This document shows, in pieces, positions 9,395-17,225 of a DNA stretch of 37,612 nucleotides. The DNA comes from Candidatus Bipolaricaulia bacterium (lineage in GTDB: Bacteria > Bipolaricaulota > Bipolaricaulia > RBG-16-55-9): positions 1 through 37,612 of the forward strand of contig JBDGQO010000019.1 in assembly GCA_042219045.1 (NCBI GenBank), written 5' to 3'. Each line of letters begins with the position of its first letter. Positions within the stretch are counted from its first letter, which is position 1. The position numbers and the translations under genes are program-made. The notes under the pieces were generated by a model. That model made no database searches, was not told the DNA's origin, and saw only the letters and a list, made by a program, of their open reading frames with translations.

Positions 9395-10009
9395 CTATTC
9401 GGCATCAACTGGCCACGCCGTCACCCGGCCTGCCTCATCCGCGATGCCGCGTCCGGCGGCATCAATGATGTCCCAGTCGTCGAACTGCTTGCCGGGCCGA
9501 TCCTGGTTGAAGATGACGGTGTAGCCGGCCATCGCGCGCGGGTGCTTCTCGGTGGCGAGCATGCGGTCGAGGGTGACCTCCACGCGCAGCCGATCGTCGG
9601 AGAGCAACTCGCTCGGCACGGTGTAGCTGAATTTGACAAAACCCTCATCCGGGTAAGATCGCCCATGGATCTCGTGGACCTGGTCTTCGAGCCGATCCAC
9701 AGGAGCCGGAAACTCGACCTGACCGGACAGCTCGCACGACGACTTCGACGCAAAACAGCGTTCCGCGTCGATCGTCAGTCGCCCCTTGACCGAATTCTCG
9801 TCTTGGTTGACCTCGCGATGGCTCCGATATTCCCATGTGCCGACGAGGTCCATGCCCTCCGACGTCGCCGCTGGATTGTCGGATCCGTTATTCGACGGCG
9901 TCTCGCTGAAATAGCCACTGCAGCCGGTCAGCATCACGCCTAGACCGAGGATCAATGCCACTGACCATAGCGCCTCCTTTCGGAGCTCGATGATTCCGCG
10001 ATCCCGCAA
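9395..10009 (-). CDS. hypothetical lipoprotein (start uncertain)
   Basis: Hydrophobic stretch ending in lipobox LTGC, then a Ser/Asn linker and LVGTWEY beta-rich domain. Confidence 0.65.
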   Translation of the reverse strand: MRDRGIIELRKEALWSVALILGLGVMLTGCSGYFSETPSNNGSDNPAATSEGMDLVGTWEYRSHREVNQDENSVKGRLTIDAERCFASKSSCELSGQVEFPAPVDRLEDQVHEIHGRSYPDEGFVKFSYTVPSELLSDDRLRVEVTLDRMLATEKHPRAMAGYTVIFNQDRPGKQFDDWDIIDAAGRGIADEAGRVTAWPVDAE

Positions 10010-10092
10010 GGGTCCATGAGGCTAAGCCTGTTGGCCACTATCGCACAAACGACATCGGCTGGATCAAACATGGACTGTATGGCGAGAGCCCC

Positions 10093-10863
10093 TTATTCCC
10101 AGCGGAACAGCCGCGCCGACAGCGTCGCAAACAGGCCGAACATCCCGACCAGCACGGCGAGATCGAGCCAACTGGCCAGCAGCGGGGTGCCGACGAAGAC
10201 GTCTTGGAGCAGCTCAACCACGTAGGTCACCGGCACGATAAGCGAAATGGCTCGCATGAACGGCGGAATGATGCCGGGATCGAAGAGCGTCCCCGCCAAG
10301 GGAATGATCGCGAAGGGAAGCATGGAGAAAAACAGCGTGGAGCAGACGGCATAGGTGATGCGACTGGTCTGGAACAGGCTGCCCACGAGAAAGCCCAGGG
10401 CGAACAGCCCGAGTGCCCCGACGGTGAAGGCCGCAAACACCTCGATCATCGGCCCGGCCAGGCGAAGATTGAAGAAGAGCTTCGACACGCCCAGGATCAT
10501 CGCCGTGCTGATGAGCGTCATGAGATACGCCACGAAGACGAGCGCGGCCAACACGACCGTCGGCCGCAGCGGCGTCGCCTCAAAGCGTCGCAGGATGCCG
10601 CGCTCCCGGTAGCTCGCCAACAGCCCGCCGATGGTGAACAGCCCGTTGTTCATGATGCCGATCCCGATGAACGCCGGCACCATGAGATCCACCAAGCCGA
10701 ACTTCCCCTCCACAAGGGTTGGATCGTTCTGCGCGATGGCCCCGACGATGAAGAGCAGCATGGGCCAGAAGATGAAGGTGAAGAAGATCGCCATCCACTC
10801 GCGGATGAACAGCTTCACCTCGATCCAAGTCAAATGGATAAAGCCGCGCAACCAGCCCGTCAT
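10093..10863 (-). CDS. ABC-2 type exporter permease
   Basis: About six hydrophobic segments, YRERGILRRFEATPL motif. Overlaps the ATPase stop (ATGA). Confidence 0.92.
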   Translation of the reverse strand: MTGWLRGFIHLTWIEVKLFIREWMAIFFTFIFWPMLLFIVGAIAQNDPTLVEGKFGLVDLMVPAFIGIGIMNNGLFTIGGLLASYRERGILRRFEATPLRPTVVLAALVFVAYLMTLISTAMILGVSKLFFNLRLAGPMIEVFAAFTVGALGLFALGFLVGSLFQTSRITYAVCSTLFFSMLPFAIIPLAGTLFDPGIIPPFMRAISLIVPVTYVVELLQDVFVGTPLLASWLDLAVLVGMFGLFATLSARLFRWE

Positions 10864-11792
10864 TCGCGCATCTCCCGCCCCGTCAGCGCCAGGAAGACGT
10901 CCTCCAACGACGACCGTTCCACGTGCAGGTCCCGCAGCCGCCAGCCGTTCTTGTCTGCCTGGCGCAGCAGCTGGCGCAGCACCGACGTGACCGAGTCCGG
11001 CTCGCTGTAGAGCACGGCCCGGCCGTCCAGGTGCTCCACGCGGCGGACATCGGCGATCTCCTCCAGGCCCGTCAAGGCGTTCGGGTCGGTCAGCGTGATG
11101 AACACGCGCGTGTCACCGCCGACCTGGGCGACGAGCGTCTCGGGGGCGTCGAGCGCCAGGATCTTTCCATGGTCCAGGATGGCGACGCGGTCACAGAGCA
11201 CTTCGGCCTCTTCCATGTAGTGCGTCGTCAAAAAGACCGTCGTCCCCTGCTCGCGGATCCGCTCGATCAGCTCCCACATGGCGCGCCGGGCCTGCGGGTC
11301 GAGCCCCGTGGTCAGCTCGTCGAGAAAGACGATATCGGGATCGTGGATGATCGCCAGCGCGATGTGGAGGCGCTGCTTCTGTCCACCGGAGAGGTTGGCG
11401 TAGTAGCTGTCCATCTTGTCGCTGAGCCCGAGCGGGCCGACAAGCGCCTCCCAATCGTCGGCGTAGGGACTGCCATGGCGGTAGAAGCTGGCGAACAGCT
11501 CCAGGGCCTCGCGGACGCGCATGCGCTCGTAAAGCGCCGTCGTCTGGAGTTGGACGCCGATTTGCTCGCGCAGTTCGTACCGCTGAGTGGCCGGATCCAG
11601 TCCCAACACGCGCAGCATCCCATCGCTCGGCTCGCGCAGCCCTTCGAGGCACTCGATCGTGGTCGTCTTCCCGGCCCCGTTCGGCCCGAGCATCCCGAAG
11701 ATCTCGCCTCGTTCGACGTCGAAGCTGACGCCGTCGACGGCGCGAAGCCCGGGATAGTCCTTGATGAGGTCCTCGACGTAGATGGCCTTCAT
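10860..11792 (-). CDS. ABC exporter ATP-binding protein (DrrA/NodI-like)
   Basis: GPNGAGKTT, LSGGQKQR, FLDELTTGLDP, TTHYMEEAE. Start chosen at MKAIYVEDL. Confidence 0.95.
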   Translation of the reverse strand: MKAIYVEDLIKDYPGLRAVDGVSFDVERGEIFGMLGPNGAGKTTTIECLEGLREPSDGMLRVLGLDPATQRYELREQIGVQLQTTALYERMRVREALELFASFYRHGSPYADDWEALVGPLGLSDKMDSYYANLSGGQKQRLHIALAIIHDPDIVFLDELTTGLDPQARRAMWELIERIREQGTTVFLTTHYMEEAEVLCDRVAILDHGKILALDAPETLVAQVGGDTRVFITLTDPNALTGLEEIADVRRVEHLDGRAVLYSEPDSVTSVLRQLLRQADKNGWRLRDLHVERSSLEDVFLALTGREMRE

Positions 11793-11867
11793 GGCAACGT
11801 CCCTTCGGCGGGCCCGTTCCATTATGGCCACCACAGCCGGTCTCGCAACTCGAACTGACCCGGTGAT

Positions 11868-12791
11868 TCAGTCAACGGGCGAATCCCCGGACGCATAGAC
11901 CTCGGCGCCGTCCTGCCAGGCGACCGGGTCCTCCCGAGGTTCGATGTGGATGGTGATGCTGGCTTCGCCCAATTGCCTGCGAATGTCGGCCTCGATCTCC
12001 TCGCACAGATCGTGGGTCCGTTGGACGCTGCGCTCGCCCGGCACGAGCAGGTGGAAGTCGATGAACCGCTGGGCGCCGGAGCGTCGCGTGCGGAGGCGAT
12101 GATACGTCGCGCCGCGCTCGGCGTAGTCGGCCAATATGGCCTCAATCCGCTGCACTTCGTCGTCCGGCAGCGTGTAGTCCATGAGCCCGTGCGTGGACCG
12201 CCGCACGAGGCGGGTGCCGGAGACGACGATGTTGATGGCCACCAGAAACGCGATCGCGGGATCGAGCCAGGCCCAGTCGGTGAGCCAGACGGCCACCAAA
12301 CCGCCGACGACGCCGCCCGTGGTCCAGACGTCGGTCAACAGATGCTTCGCGTGGGCCTCCAGCGTGATCGACTCCTGGCGCCGCGCCACGCGCAACAGCA
12401 CCCGGGCGACGCCGAAGTTGGCCACGGCGGCGCCCGCGGCGATCCCCAACCCCAACGGAAGCGCATCCAGCCCAGCCGGGTTCCAGATGCGCTGCCAGGC
12501 TTCCACCGAGATGCCGACGGCGGCGGCCAGGATGAGCACGCCTTCCACGCCGCTGGAGAAGTATTCCGCCTTCTCGTGGCCATAGGGATGGGTCGCGTCG
12601 GCGGGCCGGGCCGCGACCTCGAGCGCCACAAACGCCATAATTGCGGTCAAGAGGTTGATCAGCGACTCCGCCGCATCGGATAAAATGGCGACCGATCCGG
12701 TGACGAGAAACGCCCAGAACTTCAAGCCGAGCGTGATCAGCGCCGCGCCGATGGGCAACGCCATGACGCGGCGGCGTCGCGACGTGTGCAT
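11868..12791 (-). CDS. cation diffusion facilitator (FieF/YiiP-like metal exporter)
   Basis: SVAILSDAAES, PADATHPYGHEKAEY, HLLTD, C-terminal IHIEP dimerisation domain. Start could also be 12764. Confidence 0.94.
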   Translation of the reverse strand: MHTSRRRRVMALPIGAALITLGLKFWAFLVTGSVAILSDAAESLINLLTAIMAFVALEVAARPADATHPYGHEKAEYFSSGVEGVLILAAAVGISVEAWQRIWNPAGLDALPLGLGIAAGAAVANFGVARVLLRVARRQESITLEAHAKHLLTDVWTTGGVVGGLVAVWLTDWAWLDPAIAFLVAINIVVSGTRLVRRSTHGLMDYTLPDDEVQRIEAILADYAERGATYHRLRTRRSGAQRFIDFHLLVPGERSVQRTHDLCEEIEADIRRQLGEASITIHIEPREDPVAWQDGAEVYASGDSPVD

Positions 12792-12832
12792 AGCCGCCCT
12801 CGTCGTAGGGGATTGCGCGCCACAAGTCAAGA

Positions 12833-12861
12833 TTGCAGGCGGCTCCGGCGTCGTCTATAGT
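12833..12861 (+). promoter_or_regulatory. sigma70-type promoter for cyclodeaminase-suhB-asnS
   Basis: TTGCAG-17 bp-TATAGT. Confidence 0.5.
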
Positions 12862-12877
12862 GGCCGGGTTGATTGTC

Positions 12878-13519
12878 ATGAATATGAGCGATGTGAGCAT
12901 TCGAGACCTGAGCGAGAAGTTGGCTGAAACGACGGTGACGCCCGGAGCCGGGAGCGCGTCGGCGCTGTCGGCGTCGGTGGCTGCGTCCCTGGTGACCATG
13001 GTCGCCCGCATCACGGCCGAAAAGCGCCACGAACAGGACCCCGACCGGGCGTCGTTCATGGCCGACATTGCCGAGGAAGCGGACCAGCTGCGCCAGGAGC
13101 TCCTCGAACTGGCCGACCGCGACAGCGAGGCCTACGACCAGGTGGTGGCGGCCTGGCAGATGCCCAAGGACACGGAAGACGCCGAACATGAGCGCCACGA
13201 CGCCTTACAGGCAGCCTACAAGACGGCCACGGAGATCCCCCATCGCATCGCCCAGGTCTGTTCCAAGGTGCTGGAGCTGGCCGAGCGGGCCGTGCAGCGC
13301 GGCATTCGGGCGGGACTGAGCGACGCCGCCACCGCGGCGGAGCTGGCGGAAGCGTCGCTGCATTCCGCGCTGTTGGTGATGGACATCAACCTGAAGTCGG
13401 TCGAGGACGAGCGCTACCGCCACGTCTACCACAACAAGGTCGTCCACCTCGGCAAGCAGGCCCGCGAGCGCAAGGACGCCGTCCTCGCTATCGCCGAGGA
13501 CTGGATTCGGCCCGAGTAG
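12878..13519 (+). CDS. formiminotetrahydrofolate cyclodeaminase/cyclohydrolase family protein
   Basis: TPGAGSASA (cf. TPGGGS), LADRDSEAY, ATEIP, SDAATA, DINL motifs. Confidence 0.88.
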   Translation: MNMSDVSIRDLSEKLAETTVTPGAGSASALSASVAASLVTMVARITAEKRHEQDPDRASFMADIAEEADQLRQELLELADRDSEAYDQVVAAWQMPKDTEDAEHERHDALQAAYKTATEIPHRIAQVCSKVLELAERAVQRGIRAGLSDAATAAELAEASLHSALLVMDINLKSVEDERYRHVYHNKVVHLGKQARERKDAVLAIAEDWIRPE

Positions 13520-13532
13520 CCTCTCCACGCTG

Positions 13533-14327
13533 ATGGCCTCGGCGGCATCCCAGCACGCCTCCTATCTCGACGTCGCCACCGAAGCCGCCCGCGGTGCGGG
13601 GGCTCTGGCCCGGTCGCGCGTCGCTGGTGACACGGACTATGCCTTGAAGGGCAGCCGCCACGACCTCGTCACCGAGGTCGATCACTTGGCCGAGGCGCGC
13701 ATCGTCCAGCACATCTCGACGGCCTTTCCCGATCACGGCGTCCTCTCCGAGGAGCGCGAGCCCCATCAGCTCGATGCCCGTTTCCGCTGGGTGATCGATC
13801 CCATCGACGGCACGAGCAACTTTGCCCACGGCATCCCGTTCTTCTCCGTGTCGATCGCGCTCGAGGACGAGGGAGAGTTGGCCTTGGGCGCGCTCTACGA
13901 CCCGATGCGCGACGAGCTCTTCACGGCCGAGGCCGGGCGGGGCGCTTACCTGAACGGCCGGCCGATCCGTGCGTCCGCAGTGGACCGACCGGAGCGCGCC
14001 GTGCTCGCCACGGGGTTTCCGCACGATCCCGAGCTACGCCGGGCCAACATGCGCAACTTCGAGCGCTTCGTCCCCCTCGCCCAAGGCCTCCGGCGCCTGG
14101 GCTCGGCGGCGCTGGCGCTGGCGTACGTGGCTGCCGGCCGCATCGACGGCTACTGGGATCTCGACCTGAGCCGCTGGGACCTGGCCGCGGGCACGTTGCT
14201 GGTCCACGAAGCCGGGGGCCAGGTGACCAACAGTCGAGGAGGCCCTCTGGCGACCGACGAGGGCGACGTCATCGCCGCCAACGGCCATCTGAACGAGGCG
14301 ATCTTGACGCATCTCCAAGGGGGTTGA
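13533..14327 (+). CDS. suhB: inositol monophosphatase family protein
   Basis: DLVTEVD, WVIDPIDGTSNFAHG, RRLGSAAL, WDLAAGTLLVHEAGG. Confidence 0.93.
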   Translation: MASAASQHASYLDVATEAARGAGALARSRVAGDTDYALKGSRHDLVTEVDHLAEARIVQHISTAFPDHGVLSEEREPHQLDARFRWVIDPIDGTSNFAHGIPFFSVSIALEDEGELALGALYDPMRDELFTAEAGRGAYLNGRPIRASAVDRPERAVLATGFPHDPELRRANMRNFERFVPLAQGLRRLGSAALALAYVAAGRIDGYWDLDLSRWDLAAGTLLVHEAGGQVTNSRGGPLATDEGDVIAANGHLNEAILTHLQGG

Positions 14328-14330
14328 GCA

Positions 14331-15620
14331 ATGGCGTCGATACGCATCCGAGATATTCCCCAGCACCTGGACGTGCCGATCGAGCTGCACGGCTGGCTGC
14401 ACAATCGCCGCTCCAGCGGCGGCATCCAGTTCCTCATGGTCCGGGACGGCAGCGGCGTCATCCAGAGCGTCGTCAAAGCCGAGAACGAATCGGCGTTCGA
14501 GACGGCCGAAGCGCTGACCCAGGAGTCGGCGATCGTCGTCCGCGGCACGGCCAAGGAGGACCATCGCGCCCCGACGGGCTACGAGCTGGCTGTCGACGAA
14601 CTAGAGCTCGTCCATCAAGCCCAGGATTATCCCATCACGCCCAAGGAGCACGGCGTCGGCTTCCTCATGGACCACCGGCACCTGTGGCTGCGCTCCTACT
14701 ATCAAGCCCCCGTCTTGCGCATCCGCCACGAGGTCCTGCGAGCCGTTCGCGATTACTTTGATGAGCTCGGCTTCATCGCCACGGAGACCCCGATCTTGAC
14801 GTCAACGTCGGTCGAGGGGACGACGGAGCTGTTCGAGGTCGGCTACTTCGACGACACGGCGTATCTGTCGCAAAGCGGTCAGCTCTATTTGGAAGCCACG
14901 GCGATGGCGTTCGGCGACGTCTACTGGGTCGGGCCGACGTTCCGCGCGGAGCGCTCCAAGACCCGGAAGCACTTGACGGAGTTCTGGATGGCCGAGGCGG
15001 AGATGGCCTTCTGTGACCACGCGTGCAACCTCGACTATCAAGAAGGCCTGATCCGCTTTGTCATCGAGCGGGTGTTGGAGCGGAACGCGTCGGAGTTGGC
15101 ACGCTTAGGGCGGGATACGACCCCGTTGGAGCGGGCGCTGGAGGAGCCGTTCGCGCGGGTCACCTACGACGAGTCCATTGACATTCTCCGTTCCGAGGGT
15201 CATGAGATCGACTGGGGCGAGGACTACGGGGCCCCCGACGAGGAAGCGCTGGCGGCCCACTTCGGCAAGCCCGTCTTCGTGGAAAAGTTCCCCGCGCAGA
15301 TGAAGGCGTTCTACATGGAGCCGGACCCGTCGAATCCCGACGTCGTCATGGCGGCCGACCTGCTGGCCCCCGAGGGCTACGGGGAGATCATCGGCGGCAG
15401 CCAGCGCATCGACAATGAAGATCTGCTCGTGCACAAGCTCGAGGAGTTCGGCCTGCCGCGCGAGCCGTACGAATGGTACATTGATCTCAGAAAATACGGC
15501 TCCGTACCCCACTCGGGCTTCGGCATGGGCGTGGAACGCCTGGTTTCCTGGATGGCCGGGGCGGATCATCTGCGCGAGTGCATCCCGTTCCCCCGCATGC
15601 TCTATCGCCTGACGCCGTGA
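14331..15620 (+). CDS. asnS: asparagine--tRNA ligase
   Basis: OB-fold N-terminus, YLSQSGQLY, GPTFRAERSKTRKHLTEFWM, GEIIGGSQR, YGSVPHSGFGMGVER. Confidence 0.96.
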   Translation: MASIRIRDIPQHLDVPIELHGWLHNRRSSGGIQFLMVRDGSGVIQSVVKAENESAFETAEALTQESAIVVRGTAKEDHRAPTGYELAVDELELVHQAQDYPITPKEHGVGFLMDHRHLWLRSYYQAPVLRIRHEVLRAVRDYFDELGFIATETPILTSTSVEGTTELFEVGYFDDTAYLSQSGQLYLEATAMAFGDVYWVGPTFRAERSKTRKHLTEFWMAEAEMAFCDHACNLDYQEGLIRFVIERVLERNASELARLGRDTTPLERALEEPFARVTYDESIDILRSEGHEIDWGEDYGAPDEEALAAHFGKPVFVEKFPAQMKAFYMEPDPSNPDVVMAADLLAPEGYGEIIGGSQRIDNEDLLVHKLEEFGLPREPYEWYIDLRKYGSVPHSGFGMGVERLVSWMAGADHLRECIPFPRMLYRLTP

Positions 15621-15857
15621 GCGTCCGCTACCGACCCGGCCGAGCTTCGACCGTCCCGACGGGGTTGGATGATTGCTCAGTGGAGACGAATCCGTCAGCT
15701 TCCTTGCGCTCAAGACCCGTCGGCCTGCGCCGACGGCGACGGTTGCACTGGAAGTGCACACTCTCTAGCATTCCTCGTTCCCATGGTCCGCCGACATCGA
15801 AGATCGGCACATCGCGGCGCCCCCGCGTCGGGGGCCATTCCTCGGCGTTGATGCAAC

Positions 15858-17180
15858 ATGCCCCGATCGACGCGCCAACGGAACGTCTTCATTCTCGGCT
15901 ACAACGAGGCCGACGTGGCACGGCTCCAACGCCTGCCCCATGCGGAAACGTGGGGGTTCCATCCCGCGCTGCATCTCGACGAGATGCGCGGTGTGGAGAC
16001 GTTCGCGGTCGACGAGCTCATCGAGCGCGCAGCGGACCGCATGGCGGCTGTGACGGGCGGTCCAGATGGGATCGTCGCGTTCTTCGACTTCCCCGCCACG
16101 ACGATGCTGCCCATTCTGGCTGAGCGATTCGGGCTGCCGGGTCCCGACCTGACAAGCGTGCTCAAGTGCGAACACAAGTACTGGAGTCGCCGCGAACAGC
16201 GACAGGCCATCCCCGATCATACGCCGCAGTTCAGGCCGTTCGATCCTTGTGCGGCCCAGTCGCAGCCGACGCTGCCGCTGGAACCGCCCTTCTGGATCAA
16301 GCCGATCAAGTCCTTCCGCTCATATCTCGGCTTCTTGGTCAACGACGAGCTCGAGTTCCGGCGCTACGCGGCCGAGATGTGCGAGCACCTCGTCTACGTC
16401 GTCGAACCGTTCGTCCACATCCTCCGGAACTTCCACATGCCGGACGATATCGCCCACATGCGCGAGTCGTGCCTTGCGGAGAGCCTCATCGGCGGCGCCC
16501 AGTGCACCGCTGAGGGCTACGTCGACGATCGGGATGTCGTCGTCTACGGCGTCGTCGACTCGGTGCGCGAGCCGAACCGCTCCTCGTTCCAGCGCTTCGA
16601 GTACCCCTCGTCGCTGCCCACGGACGTCCAGCACCGCATGGCCGAGATCGCCCGCCGGCTGGTGCAACGGATCGGCTTGAGGCAGAGCTGCTTCAACGCC
16701 GAGTTCTTCTGGAATCCGAACACGGACCAGATCTGGCTGTTGGAGATCAACCCGCGTCCGTCCCAGTCGCATGCCGCGTTGTTCGAGCGCGTCCATGGCG
16801 CCTCGCACCAACGGCACATGCTCGATCTCGCCGTGGGGCACCGCCCCACGGACCTGCCGAACGCCGGCCGGTTCAAGCGGGCGGCGAAGTGCTTTATTCG
16901 GGTCTATCAGAGCGGGCGCGTGCGCCGAGTGCCCAGCGACGAGGAGATCGAGCGCCTTCAGGCAGAACTGCCCGGCACGTCCGTCGAGATCCACGTTGCG
17001 CCGGGCCAGCACCTGGACGAGTTGACCGACCAGGACAGCTACAGCTATGAGGTCGGCTATCTCGTCGTCGGCGCCGACGACGAAGCCGACCTCCTCGAGA
17101 CATACGAGACCGCCCTAGAACGACTGACGTTCGAGATCGAGCGCAGCGACCGCAGCCTCGACCTGCCCGCCTCGTCCTGA
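15858..17180 (+). CDS. ATP-grasp domain protein (peptide/amine ligase-like)
   Basis: CEHKYWSR, PFWIKPIKS, FNAEFFW, LLEINPR ATP-grasp motifs. Confidence 0.88.
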   Translation: MPRSTRQRNVFILGYNEADVARLQRLPHAETWGFHPALHLDEMRGVETFAVDELIERAADRMAAVTGGPDGIVAFFDFPATTMLPILAERFGLPGPDLTSVLKCEHKYWSRREQRQAIPDHTPQFRPFDPCAAQSQPTLPLEPPFWIKPIKSFRSYLGFLVNDELEFRRYAAEMCEHLVYVVEPFVHILRNFHMPDDIAHMRESCLAESLIGGAQCTAEGYVDDRDVVVYGVVDSVREPNRSSFQRFEYPSSLPTDVQHRMAEIARRLVQRIGLRQSCFNAEFFWNPNTDQIWLLEINPRPSQSHAALFERVHGASHQRHMLDLAVGHRPTDLPNAGRFKRAAKCFIRVYQSGRVRRVPSDEEIERLQAELPGTSVEIHVAPGQHLDELTDQDSYSYEVGYLVVGADDEADLLETYETALERLTFEIERSDRSLDLPASS

Positions 17181-17225
17181 GCGCTGAGGAGGGCCACCGA
17201 ACGCTTGCCAGAGGAGGCCGAATCG

